Assembly: GCA_045106895.1 (NCBI GenBank)
Contig: JBGCFM010000069.1
Coordinates: forward strand, 1 to 64,000
Direction: 5' to 3'
DNA length: 64,000 nt
Origin: Polyangiales bacterium
GTDB lineage: Bacteria; Myxococcota_A; Polyangia; Polyangiales; Houyiibacteriaceae
The notes beneath the pieces are model-generated. The model saw only the letters and a list, made by a program, of their open reading frames with translations. It had not been told where the DNA came from and searched no databases. Position 1 is the first letter of the stretch. The number at the start of each line of letters is the position of its first letter. This document shows, in pieces, positions 1-9,715 of this stretch. A program made the position numbers and the translations under genes.

Positions 1-179
<179 letters not shown>

Positions 180-192
180 TTATGTTTCGACC

Positions 193-2979
193 GTGCTCAG
201 CCCAAGGCAACGAGAAGCCATGCGAAATGCGATGGCGCGCTACGAAGCGGACGCCGACGCATCGTGCGGGCGACCCTTGGAGTTTCTCCTCCGTGCGTTG
301 GCGCGCCTCGAGCAAGGTCGTTTCGACGCCGCCCAAGACGATGCGCGTCGAGGCCGCGGGGCGACGCGCGACCGCGTTGCCGGGCACCTGCTTTTTGCCG
401 CAGGCGCGTACGGAGAAGGCCTGGATGTCCTCGCGGAGAGTGGCGCGTCGCAGCAGCTGAGATCGCGGCTCGCGCAAGAGCTTGGCTGGACCCTCGACGC
501 CCTCGGCATTCTTGAGTCCGCAGAGGCGCCCTCGCTGAAGCGAGCGGCAGCCGAGCTCTACGCGCGTGCGGGGCACTCAAGGGGAGCTCTGAAGATCGCC
601 GACGCTGCTCTCGCCGATTTGCCTGGCGACGCAGACCTGGTGCTTCTCTTCGCGTCGGTAGCTCCGCCGGAGAAATACGGGCAGGCCTGCTCGATGCTTC
701 GACAGCTGCCCGCTCAGGCGAACGAGGCGGGGTTGCGCTGCGCGCGGGCGCTGCGAGCGCTCGGCGAGGACGCGTCGGTTTGGTTTGAAGCATGCGCCGA
801 GTCCGAGGAACTGGACGTCGCAGACCAGGCCCGCGCGGACCTGGCGCGCATCGCCTTCGAAGCAGGAGAGGACACGAATGCGCGGGCCTGGTGCGCAAAG
901 GTGCGCGACTTCGAAGGGAAGGGCCATCGAGCACAGGTGGTGCTTGGCGCGCTCGCGCTGGAAGAGGGGGACGAAGACGCCGCTGAGCGCATCTTCACGC
1001 GTGCAGCGAAGAACCAGGTGAGTCCTTTTCTTCTGTCGTGGTGGGCCGAGCTCTACCTGCGTCAGATGCGTTTCGAAGATGCCCGAGGCGTGCTTCATCG
1101 TTCACGTTTGGAGGGCGCGGACTCCATGGCCGGCGCCCTCGCGCTTCAGCGCTTGCTCCTTGCTGTGCTGAGCGTTGAGCGCGGGGAGACGCTGGGCGCG
1201 CACCGCTTCCGCGAGGTGGAAGCGATTCTTCGGCACTACCTGGACGACGACCGGGTGAGTGAGGTCATCGCCGACCCACGCGCCGATGCCGTCGCGGCGC
1301 TCACCCGCGCGGCTCTCGACAAAATGGGCCGCCGCCGGAGCATGCCGCCGGAGCTTGCCTTTCGTGGGGCACGAAGTGGTCTGCGCCGAGCCATCGAACG
1401 TATCGTTGTTCTCGGAGACGACGCCGTCGCGGCCTTCGATGAAGACGCCCGTGACCAGAATTGGTCGGGAGCTTTGATGCGTGCCCATCGCGGCGAGCTT
1501 CTGATGTGGCTGGGCCGTCACGAGGACGCCAAAGCGGAGCTTGAAGCGGCCATCGACGATGACCCCCGGACACGCTGGGCGTACATCGGACTCTCCGCCC
1601 TCGCTCTCCAAGAGGGAAACGGCGCGGAGGCGCTCGACCTCAACGCCGAAGGCATCCGAGCCATGGAGGGCACCGTTGGCGGCAGCGTTCATGTTCACCG
1701 TGGTGAGGCGCTGCGGCTCTTGGGGCGTGACGCCGAAGCCAAGGATGCGCTCCTCCGCGCTCTCCAGCTCCACCCCGCGCGTATCAGCGCGAGCCTGAAT
1801 CTCGCTCTTCTCGCCGGCGCCACCGGCGACGAGGAGCTCGCGGCGTCGATGACCGAGCGTGTTGTTGCCCAAGCGCCGGGACTCTGGAGCGATGCGCGCC
1901 GGCAAGTTATCGAGAGCCCAAACCAGCGGCCCGTCACAACGGCTCTCATTCTCCAGGAGGCGCTCTCCATGCTTGGCGCCAACCGCTCCTCGACATGTAT
2001 GAGCTACGTTGCCTCCACGCCCACGGGGCCGCGCCTGCGCTTCGTTCCACGCCTGCGCATGGACGCACCCACACAAGCGAGCATCGCCGAGGGCGAGCGC
2101 GGGCGACTACGAGCGGTGCTAGGTCTGGAAGCGCCGGCGGCGGCGTCGCTCGTCGATTCAGGCCTCCACTCTCCGCAGCTTTCGACTCTCGAACTCGAAG
2201 AGCACTTTGTCGAACACGGTTTCTGCGTCTTACGCGGCGCATTCTCGAGTGAGCTGGCGTCCGAGTGGGTTCGTTCTGCATCGGCACGCATTCGCGCTCA
2301 GCCTGATGTATTCGTCAAAGGCTACGACGCCGCGTCGCCGCCGCTCTGGGAGTTCGATTCGCGCGATCGGAGTACATGGACCTGGGAGCGAATCGAGCTG
2401 ATGGCTCAGCGCCGAGCGTCTTTCGAATCGTTCTCGCCGAAGCTCTGGACGCTCCTTCGGCGCATCGCGGGGACGTCCCTTGAGACCAAAGACATCAGCG
2501 ACTACCTCGTGCTGAACCTGCATGAGGACCACGGCGCCGTGTCGCGGGCCTCGGACGCGCATGGTTGGCACGTCGACGACCCAAGCGCCGCCATGTCCCT
2601 CACCTCGCTGCGCAATGGTCTGGTCCTCGTGATGCTCTTCAGCGACTGCGCCAAGGGCGAAGGAGGCACGCTGCTCTTGGACGGGAGCGCGGATGTGGTC
2701 GCTCGTCACCTTGATGCGCACCCTGAAGGAGTCGATCTTAGCGACGCCGAACGCGTTCGTTCCCTCGTTCATGGACACGAGAGCTTCACGCAGGTGCACG
2801 GCAAGGCCGGCGACGTCTATGTCTGCTCTTCGCTCTTGCTTCACACCTCCGCGCCAAACCCGTCCGGTCGCATTCGCTGGATGGCCAATCCTATGCTCCA
2901 CCTCGCGGAGCCGCCGCGCCTCTCCAGTGATCAAAGCACGCCCCTTGAGCGCTCGCTCCGCCGGGCCCTCAAACGATGA
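193..2979 (+). CDS. TPR-repeat protein fused to a C-terminal PhyH-like Fe(II)/2-oxoglutarate dioxygenase domain
   Basis: Ala/Leu-rich TPR-like helices (HRGELLMWLGRHEDAKAELEAAI; HRGEALRLLGRDAEAKDALLRAL). C-terminal domain has HFVEHGFCVLRGAF, GWHVDD (HxD), GKAGDVY, LLLHTSAPN (distal His) and RIRW. Confidence 0.75.
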   Translation: MLSPRQREAMRNAMARYEADADASCGRPLEFLLRALARLEQGRFDAAQDDARRGRGATRDRVAGHLLFAAGAYGEGLDVLAESGASQQLRSRLAQELGWTLDALGILESAEAPSLKRAAAELYARAGHSRGALKIADAALADLPGDADLVLLFASVAPPEKYGQACSMLRQLPAQANEAGLRCARALRALGEDASVWFEACAESEELDVADQARADLARIAFEAGEDTNARAWCAKVRDFEGKGHRAQVVLGALALEEGDEDAAERIFTRAAKNQVSPFLLSWWAELYLRQMRFEDARGVLHRSRLEGADSMAGALALQRLLLAVLSVERGETLGAHRFREVEAILRHYLDDDRVSEVIADPRADAVAALTRAALDKMGRRRSMPPELAFRGARSGLRRAIERIVVLGDDAVAAFDEDARDQNWSGALMRAHRGELLMWLGRHEDAKAELEAAIDDDPRTRWAYIGLSALALQEGNGAEALDLNAEGIRAMEGTVGGSVHVHRGEALRLLGRDAEAKDALLRALQLHPARISASLNLALLAGATGDEELAASMTERVVAQAPGLWSDARRQVIESPNQRPVTTALILQEALSMLGANRSSTCMSYVASTPTGPRLRFVPRLRMDAPTQASIAEGERGRLRAVLGLEAPAAASLVDSGLHSPQLSTLELEEHFVEHGFCVLRGAFSSELASEWVRSASARIRAQPDVFVKGYDAASPPLWEFDSRDRSTWTWERIELMAQRRASFESFSPKLWTLLRRIAGTSLETKDISDYLVLNLHEDHGAVSRASDAHGWHVDDPSAAMSLTSLRNGLVLVMLFSDCAKGEGGTLLLDGSADVVARHLDAHPEGVDLSDAERVRSLVHGHESFTQVHGKAGDVYVCSSLLLHTSAPNPSGRIRWMANPMLHLAEPPRLSSDQSTPLERSLRRALKR

Positions 2980-5954
2980 GTATCTTCGGACTGCCCAGCC
3001 CCATCGTTCTTGGGCTCGCCGCTGACCTGCTCCTCCAGATTTTGCTTCTGGGGCTCCTCGCGCTTCCCCTCGGCCTTCGCCGGCTTCGGCGCTCCGCGGA
3101 CAGACGTTTCCCGCTTCGTGTGACGCGCTACTCCGCCCTCGCGCTTTTCGTGTGCTTCGTCGGAGCGCTGCGTCTTGTTGGTGAGGTCGCCCCTGCGGAC
3201 GTCGCCGCGGAGGCGTCTCCTTGCGTGCCCCTTGAAGATGCCCAGTCCCTTGGGCTGCAGGCGGGCTCCGTCGTCGTCGATCCGCGGCCGCCGAGCGCCT
3301 ACGCGGCCTATCATCTGGACGGTAGCTGTCGCCGGCGAATCGACGAGCTCGGCGAGGTCGCGCGCGCACACCCCGGCGCGACTCTCTACGTCGCCGACGA
3401 TACCGAGTTTCCGCAGCACGCCCTGCAGCGCTGGAACGCCGAAGGCATCGATGCGCGGGCCCTGCCCGGCGGGCTACAAGCGTTCTACAAGCCAAACGGA
3501 AGTGCCTTCGGTTGGTCGCCGCCGCCCCGCTCGATTGTGGATGCAAGCGGAGAGCCGGTGGCGCTTCAGCTTGGACCTCTCTGGTTCATGGGCGAGCAAC
3601 TCGGGACGCGCCCTTTGCGTCAACGACCGGAAGCCGCAGCGGGCACCCGCGAGACCGAGGTTGCCCTCGTCGACCTGCGTGACCATGGCGGAGACGTTCC
3701 CGCCTACGACGCCTACCCGGACCGACTCAGTGGGCCCTCTCTCCTCCTTTGCGACGACCCGCCCAGCTGCCTCGCCGCGGACGCGTTGGGGGTGAGCTCT
3801 CCGCACGCTCTGGGGAAGATTCGCACGCTCCGTGATGTGGAGACTCTGCGTGGCTTCCCGGTCTTGCCGATCGGGGCGTTTTGGGGCGTGTTGCTTGTTG
3901 TGTTCGTAGTCTCCTTCGCCGCGGCGATGCGAGTCCCTCGCCACGCTTCTTGGTTCACGCCGCTTCTCTCCATCGCGTCGGCGCTGCTGGCGCCGCGTTA
4001 TTTGGCCGGCGGTAGTTTTGTCTACGCCGTCGATGCGCCGTGGCTCTCGCCGCTCTTCGTGCTCCTTCTCCTCGCGTGGCTCGCCCGTCACGAAGCGGCG
4101 GCGGGTAAAAGCGGCGCCGCCTTGCGCATCAGCGTCGCGCTCTCCGTCGTGTTCCTCGCCCTCGTCGAGCTCTTCGGCCAGGGGTCAGGGGGACTGCACA
4201 GCGCCACCGCCCTGGCCTTCTTCGCTTCCTTCGGAGCCCTTCTGGTCGCCGACGCTCGGCATGCTCGCGCGCTCATTCGACCCCTGCGATTCGCTGATGA
4301 GAAAGCCGGAGGCAAAGCGGAGCGATTGGCGAAGGTCCTCGCGCGTGGCCTGCCCGTGCCGCCGGGTTTGGTGGTCTACGACGCTTACCGAGGTGAGCTT
4401 GAGGCGGACGTCGCGCGACAAATCGGAGCCGGTCCTTACGTCGTTCGGAGCAGCGCTCTCGGCGAAGACGCACGCGGAGCCGCGACGGCGGGGCGTTACG
4501 AAAGTCGACGCGATGTCTCCGGCGCGTCTCTCCTCGAGGCTGTCAAAGCGGTTCGCGCCGCGTACAAGTCGGGGGCTGTGCTCGTGCAGCTGCAGGTAGA
4601 GGGTGAGTTTGCCGGCGTCGCCGAAGACGCACCGTTGGATCTCATCCGCGTGGAGGCCGCCCCGATGAAGAGCGACGGGCTCCTCGAAGGGGAGGGCGCC
4701 GCCATGACCGGCCTGGTGAGCGCCGCGAGCGGATGGGGTGATGCGCCACTCTCCTCCGACGCGTTGGTCCAGTGCCACGACCGCGTCCGCGCTGGCGCGG
4801 CGGTGCAAAGCGAGTGGGTGGCGAGCGGCCGCCGGCTCTGGTTTGTTCAGGTGCGGGACGTTGATGCAACAGAAGCAGTGAAGCCTGCGGTGTCTTCGAT
4901 CGTCCGGTCCCTCCGCGACGCTTGGGTTACGGATCCTGCGCGCGTGATTTTCGACGGCGGCGCGCTCGGCGACTACGACGGGGCGTCGGACGCCACCCTC
5001 GAACTCATGCGAAGGCTGCTCGGAGGTGGATCGTGGCGGGCTGAGGCGGAACGTCTCCTCGGCATCCGTCTTCCGCGCCCGGACCCCGCGCTGATCCGCT
5101 TGGGGGGGCGCCTTTACAGCGGCTGCGTCCCGGCACGACCGGTACGGACCGCGCTCTCGCTCCCTTGGCGTCGCCTTCGGCTCTGGTGGCTCCGCCGGCG
5201 ACGCAGCGCAGCACTGGAGCGCATCCACGATGCGCTGACGCGCGCGAGCCGGCCGGGCGCGTCGCTGGATGAGGCGGCGCCGGTGGCCATCGCGCTCACG
5301 CTTCTGGCTTCGCTGACCGATGCCGAGCCGGCCCTTGCGGGTGATCCGTATTTGGAAACGCTCTCCCGCGGCGAGCCCACGAACGCGGACTACCCGGGTC
5401 GAGCCATGCCCGACCTCGCGCTGCGCTTGCCCCGCGAAGGGCGCGCGCCGATGCCTGACGTGCCGCCGCTCGGCGCTTCCTTCGAAGTCGACCTCGCGTG
5501 CCTTCGAGGAGTGGCTCGTCGCCTCCTCGCGCATCACGTGAGCGAGTACCGAACGCGTCCCGGCCTCGTCTTGGAACCTGAGCCCGTGGAGTCCCTCCCC
5601 GGGAGCCTGACCTTGGCTCAGCTCGAGCGTTACGCCCTCGACGGGCCAAGCGGTCTCGTGAAGCGCGCAGAGACCATGGGCGTGTGGATCGGGGCTCCGG
5701 CCCCCGGCGAGTACGTGGTCGGGGACACACTGACCCTGGTGGATGTACCCACGCCTCAGCGCATGGCCGAAGCCGCCGTCGGGCAGCTCATCGTGGCAAG
5801 GCGCGGCTCCCGCCTCTGCCATGGCGCCCTGGTCGCCAAAGAGCGAGGAGTACCAGCGCTCTTCGCGGTGGGCGACGTCGGTTGGCCGCCGGGGTGCCGC
5901 GTCGCTTTGCGCGATGATGGGACCTTCAGCCTCTCTTCCACAACCCCGCTCTAG
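2976..5954 (+). CDS. Membrane protein with rhodanese-like domains, a PEP/pyruvate-binding (dikinase ATP-grasp) domain and a C-terminal phospho-His swivel domain
   Basis: ATGA overlap with the upstream gene. Several TM helices; rhodanese-like VVDPRPPSAYAAYHLDGS...LPGGLQAF; dikinase motifs AGGKAERL, PVPPG, VRSSALGED...AGRYES and QVR; swivel motif GSRLCHGALVAKERGVPA. Confidence 0.75.
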   Translation: MSIFGLPSPIVLGLAADLLLQILLLGLLALPLGLRRLRRSADRRFPLRVTRYSALALFVCFVGALRLVGEVAPADVAAEASPCVPLEDAQSLGLQAGSVVVDPRPPSAYAAYHLDGSCRRRIDELGEVARAHPGATLYVADDTEFPQHALQRWNAEGIDARALPGGLQAFYKPNGSAFGWSPPPRSIVDASGEPVALQLGPLWFMGEQLGTRPLRQRPEAAAGTRETEVALVDLRDHGGDVPAYDAYPDRLSGPSLLLCDDPPSCLAADALGVSSPHALGKIRTLRDVETLRGFPVLPIGAFWGVLLVVFVVSFAAAMRVPRHASWFTPLLSIASALLAPRYLAGGSFVYAVDAPWLSPLFVLLLLAWLARHEAAAGKSGAALRISVALSVVFLALVELFGQGSGGLHSATALAFFASFGALLVADARHARALIRPLRFADEKAGGKAERLAKVLARGLPVPPGLVVYDAYRGELEADVARQIGAGPYVVRSSALGEDARGAATAGRYESRRDVSGASLLEAVKAVRAAYKSGAVLVQLQVEGEFAGVAEDAPLDLIRVEAAPMKSDGLLEGEGAAMTGLVSAASGWGDAPLSSDALVQCHDRVRAGAAVQSEWVASGRRLWFVQVRDVDATEAVKPAVSSIVRSLRDAWVTDPARVIFDGGALGDYDGASDATLELMRRLLGGGSWRAEAERLLGIRLPRPDPALIRLGGRLYSGCVPARPVRTALSLPWRRLRLWWLRRRRSAALERIHDALTRASRPGASLDEAAPVAIALTLLASLTDAEPALAGDPYLETLSRGEPTNADYPGRAMPDLALRLPREGRAPMPDVPPLGASFEVDLACLRGVARRLLAHHVSEYRTRPGLVLEPEPVESLPGSLTLAQLERYALDGPSGLVKRAETMGVWIGAPAPGEYVVGDTLTLVDVPTPQRMAEAAVGQLIVARRGSRLCHGALVAKERGVPALFAVGDVGWPPGCRVALRDDGTFSLSSTTPL

Positions 5955-5972
5955 TCTTGTTGAGCCCTCGGT

Positions 5973-6809
5973 TCAGCCAATGCGCGCGCAACGCTTCGAG
6001 AGTCCACCATTGAAGCTCTCGAGGGCGAAGCTCACGTCTCGCCTCTGCCCCGCGGCAGCCCCAAGCAACACCAGGAGAACATCAAAGTGGCCGCCATCGT
6101 CGGGGTGAGCGACGAAGGCGTTTGGTGCCGCTCGGCGCCAGTCGACCGGCGCGTCGAGATCCCAATCGCCTAGTCGCCGCGCGACCCAGTCGTCAAAGCG
6201 TCGTGCCCACCTCGGAGTTCCGCGACCCATGCCGCCAAGGTTGTGGGTTAGGTTGCCGCTCCCGACCAGCCAAACCCCCATCGAACGCAGCGGGGATAGA
6301 CGCGCGCCGAGTTCAAAAAGCGCCCGGTCCGTGTACGCAAAGGGGAGCGCCAACTGCACGACGGGCGCGTCCGCTTGCGGCCGCATGTGCAAGAGGGGCT
6401 GCCAGACAGTGTGGTTCGTTCCCGTTTGCTCAAGTTGAACATCGGCATGCGCCCGAAGCTGCTCGGCTACCTGCGTACCCAGTGTTCGACTGTTCGGCGT
6501 GTCGTAAGACAGCGGCCCACTTCGCCGCCAAAAGCGCCTCGGGTAACTCATGAGCGCCTCGCCAGGGCCAAGCGCCGATAGCTGAATGCCCCGGGAGCGA
6601 ACGTGTGGCGTGATGGCGACAATGCCCAAGGGGGCAGGCAGAGTTGCGCCCCATTGTCTAAGCTCGCCGCCATGAACACGCGACGTTCCAAGGTTTGGGC
6701 CGCCGTGTCCCACGTAGAGGCATGGTGCGTTTCGCTCTACGACGCGGGCGACAGCGAGCTGCGGGAGCGCGAGCGCACTCAAGCCAGCTAGAAGTGTGCG
6801 CCGCTTCAA
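5973..6809 (-). CDS. DODA/LigB (YgiD-like) class III extradiol dioxygenase with Tat-like signal
   Basis: YVGHGGP, PVVQLAL, GSGNLTHNL, FDDWV, AHPDDGGHF motifs; N-terminus MKRRTLLAGLSALALPQLAVA (TTG start). Confidence 0.85.
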   Translation of the reverse strand: MKRRTLLAGLSALALPQLAVARVVERNAPCLYVGHGGPNLGTSRVHGGELRQWGATLPAPLGIVAITPHVRSRGIQLSALGPGEALMSYPRRFWRRSGPLSYDTPNSRTLGTQVAEQLRAHADVQLEQTGTNHTVWQPLLHMRPQADAPVVQLALPFAYTDRALFELGARLSPLRSMGVWLVGSGNLTHNLGGMGRGTPRWARRFDDWVARRLGDWDLDAPVDWRRAAPNAFVAHPDDGGHFDVLLVLLGAAAGQRRDVSFALESFNGGLSKRCARIG

Positions 6810-7218
6810 GGCGAGACGCGCTCGTGGCAGCTAAAACAGGTCGTCGTTCCCCCGCGAGGGCCGCTCTATCGTAGGAAGGCACAACCACCTCCGACATCCA
6901 TCGCGCCTCTTCGTTATCCGGCATCGCTGCGGGATCGAGGGGCGCGAGGCCATTTGGCATCGCGTAGTCGACGGCCTCGGCGTCCTCACCGTGACAAGAC
7001 AAACATGTGAGTCTGGCCACTTCATCGTTTCGGTGTTGGCGAAAGCGGCGCGCCATTGCTGGCAGGACGTACAACGTCATTCGCTCGTGTCGTTGGACGA
7101 AGTCGAAGTTCACTCACTCATTCTCCGCGGACGGTTCCGTCGCGGGGCTTTGGGCAGAACCGCACGCGCTCAGAGAAAGTACGCACGTCACGAGAAGTCT
7201 TAAGCCGAGTCGATCCAA
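6806..7218 (-). pseudogene. Disrupted diheme cytochrome c lipoprotein
   Basis: GAGGA RBS and TTG at 7218 give a lipoprotein signal (LSLSACG). In-frame TGA at 7116-7114, then CLSCH. A frameshift near 6850-6865 places a second motif, CFSCH, in another frame, which ends at TGA 6808-6806 overlapping the next start codon. Confidence 0.75.
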
Positions 7219-7231
7219 TGGGTCCTCGTCC

Positions 7232-8191
7232 TCAGGTCGAGACGTCGCCGAAGTGCACAGCGCTCAAACGAATCGCAAAGAGGCTGCCGGACCACGCAAT
7301 GTGCCCCACATCCGAGCCGGCGGCGCCGGCGGCGACCATCATTGGTAGTAAGTGCTCTTCGTGCGGGTGCGCCGCACGGGCAAACGGTGCCCGCGTCCAC
7401 TCCCGCAAGGCCTGGTCTCGTACGTCCGGCTGGCTTCCAGCGGTCTCTTGAAACCAAGTGTCGAAGATGGCGGAACGCCGAGCGAGGTCTTGTGCACGGA
7501 AATCCTCCCAGCTCATGCCACTTCCGATGATGAGGATCCCTTCGTCTCGCAATGGTGCGAGGGCACGTCCCATCTCGATGTGTCGTTGGGCGTCGTATCC
7601 GGCGTCGAGGGAGAGCTGTATCGTTGGGATGTCCGCCGCCGGAAAGGCGAGCTTTAGAGGAACGAAGGTCCCGTGGTCGAAGCCGCGCTCGGAGTTTCGC
7701 GCGGTGTCGATGCCCGAGGCCGCGAGGAGCGTTTCTACCCGACTCGCGAGGGCCGGGTCCCCTGGAGCGGGCCAGGAGATCGCGTAGGTGTCTTCAGGAA
7801 ACCCGCTGTAGTCGTAGAGCATCCGCGGATCCTCGCGCGTCATGATCGTGGGGACAGGCGCTTCCCAGTGTGCAGACACGATGACGATCCCAGCGGGACG
7901 CCGCGGGAGTAAGTTCGGTATCGACTCCAGGTAGCCTTGGAGAAGCGCGTAGTCCGCTGCGAGGGCTGGCGTGAACGCGGGTGTCCACGGCCACGGTCCC
8001 CCTCCGTGGGGAAGATAGATGCTTGGCATTCGTGCGTGGTTCACAACTTCTTGGGCCTCTCGATTTCTGGCGGCTGAATGGCTGGGCGAAGAACACCCGA
8101 AGCTTGCGAGCGCAGCCCCTCCGAGCGCAGCCCCGCCGAGCGTGGTGAGCACACCGCGGCGACCTACCATGTTCTTCTCATCGTGGTTCAC
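7232..8191 (-). CDS. DODA/LigB (YgiD-like) class III extradiol dioxygenase with Tat lipoprotein-like signal
   Basis: YLPHGGGP, VSAHWE, YDYSGFP, RGFDHGTFVPL, AHPHEEHLLP motifs; N-terminus GRRGVLTTLGGAALGGAALASFGC. Confidence 0.88.
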   Translation of the reverse strand: MNHDEKNMVGRRGVLTTLGGAALGGAALASFGCSSPSHSAARNREAQEVVNHARMPSIYLPHGGGPWPWTPAFTPALAADYALLQGYLESIPNLLPRRPAGIVIVSAHWEAPVPTIMTREDPRMLYDYSGFPEDTYAISWPAPGDPALASRVETLLAASGIDTARNSERGFDHGTFVPLKLAFPAADIPTIQLSLDAGYDAQRHIEMGRALAPLRDEGILIIGSGMSWEDFRAQDLARRSAIFDTWFQETAGSQPDVRDQALREWTRAPFARAAHPHEEHLLPMMVAAGAAGSDVGHIAWSGSLFAIRLSAVHFGDVST

Positions 8192-8622
8192 GACCGGGCC
8201 TGGACCGGAGCTTTGTTCAGTCGGCCCCAGGCAACGAATGCTGCGAGTCCGCCGAGGACGATATTGACGCCAATGGCTCCGAACTCACCTCGGGAGATGT
8301 GAGTGATCATCGCGAGGACCATCACAACGAAGAGGCCTAAGGCCGCGAGGGGCGTGAGCTTTGGTTGAATGCGGGTTGCTGCAGGGAGGATGAGCCCGAG
8401 CGCGCCGAGCACTTCCACAACACCGATGAAGCGGACTGCGACGCCCATCGATCCGGTGACCCAAGGCATCTGAGCGGCGAGCTCCTCGATAGGGCTCATA
8501 ACCTTCATGGCTCCACCCATCAGAAAGGCCGCGGCGAGGAGCGCCTGGGTGACCCAAAGGCCGATGTTTAGACCTTTTGACGGGGAAAGTGGCGAGGCGT
8601 TGGATGCGATTGCGTGGTTCAT
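8188..8622 (-). CDS. DoxX family membrane protein
   Basis: Four TM helices; LWVTQALLAAAFLMGGAMK, FIGVVEVLGALGLILP, AMITHISRGE; GGAG RBS. Confidence 0.9.
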   Translation of the reverse strand: MNHAIASNASPLSPSKGLNIGLWVTQALLAAAFLMGGAMKVMSPIEELAAQMPWVTGSMGVAVRFIGVVEVLGALGLILPAATRIQPKLTPLAALGLFVVMVLAMITHISRGEFGAIGVNIVLGGLAAFVAWGRLNKAPVQARS

Positions 8623-8653
8623 GTTGTCTCCTTGTCAGACACTTTGTGGCGTT

Positions 8654-8668
8654 TTGTTTGCGGAACAA
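8654..8668. promoter_or_regulatory. Candidate LysR recognition site (T-N11-A dyad)
   Basis: TTGT-ttgcgga-ACAA inverted repeat in the short divergent intergenic region between doxX and the LysR gene. Confidence 0.55.
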
Positions 8669-8698
8669 GTGCCTTTGTGGGAAGAACGGTGTTCTACA

Positions 8699-9577
8699 AT
8701 GGCAACAGCAGTAAATCTCCAGCTCCTTGTGGTCTTTTGCGCCGTTGCTGAGCAAACGAGTTTTTCAAAAGCAGCGAAGAAGCTAGGGGTGGCCAAAGGA
8801 ACGGTTAGCCGTTCGATCGCTCAACTGGAGTCACTCCTCGAGGTCGAGCTCATTCACCGGACGACCCACCATGTGTCGCTCTCTACAGCGGGGGTGGAGC
8901 TCTACGCGCGGACACGAACACATCTTTCCGCGTTGCAAGCGGCGGTGACGGAACTCCCGGAGCTGAGCGAAGACCCGTCGGGCGTGCTTCGCATGACGGC
9001 GCCACACGACTTTGGAAGCATCGTCTTACCATCTCTTCTCGCTGCTTTTTCGCGCCGCTACCCAGATGTCCGATTCGACGTACGGCTTACCGGGGAGCGC
9101 GTGGACTTGGTCAAAGAAGGGTACGACCTCGCGATTCGCGCGGCGGTCGGACAGCTCAAAGACTCGACCCTGACGATGCGGCGCCTTCTCCAAACCTCTG
9201 CGTCGTTCTACGCGGCACCTTCATACATTGCGCGTCGTGGTCGAACCCGCCGTCTAGGCGATGAGAACCACATCTGGATTCTCCATCCGAGCCTGGTGCC
9301 GATCTTGAAGCTCGAAACCGAGCGCGTGAAGTTCATGGTCGACGACTTTCAAATGGCGCGTGATCTCGGACGAGATGGCGCCGGTATCGTGCTGCTCCCT
9401 AGTTTTGTCGCTCGCGACTACGTGCGTGAGGGCCTCCTTGAGGAAATCGGGCTTCCCGATGTTGCGGTGCTCCAAGGAAACCTCGTGCTCCTTTACCCAT
9501 CGAGCGGGCAGGTGCCGCGCAAGACAGCCGCCTTTCGCGACTACCTCGTTGAAGCGCTCCGCGCGGGCGTCGTGTGA
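8699..9577 (+). CDS. LysR family transcriptional regulator (CrgA/DmlR-like)
   Basis: SFSKAAKKLGVAKGTVSRSIAQLESLL HTH; RTTHHVSLSTAG; VDLVKEGYDLAIR. ATG at 8699 preferred over the ORF-track start, which overlaps doxX. Confidence 0.93.
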   Translation: MATAVNLQLLVVFCAVAEQTSFSKAAKKLGVAKGTVSRSIAQLESLLEVELIHRTTHHVSLSTAGVELYARTRTHLSALQAAVTELPELSEDPSGVLRMTAPHDFGSIVLPSLLAAFSRRYPDVRFDVRLTGERVDLVKEGYDLAIRAAVGQLKDSTLTMRRLLQTSASFYAAPSYIARRGRTRRLGDENHIWILHPSLVPILKLETERVKFMVDDFQMARDLGRDGAGIVLLPSFVARDYVREGLLEEIGLPDVAVLQGNLVLLYPSSGQVPRKTAAFRDYLVEALRAGVV

Positions 9578-9715
9578 AGCGAACTACATTGTTGCGGTCT
9601 CGTCGTCACGCTCTTCGTCACCCCAAGATGCGATTCATGTCGCTTCAACCTCGGCGCGCGCACTCAGAACAGGAGGGGATCGTCGTGGCGCGCCCTGCGT
9701 CCGCTATCGGGCTCC

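Noticed and set aside
7114..7116. In-frame TGA as selenocysteine or programmed readthrough
   Set aside because: It is not in a Cys/redox motif context and the same gene has an independent frameshift; pseudogenisation or sequencing error is simpler.
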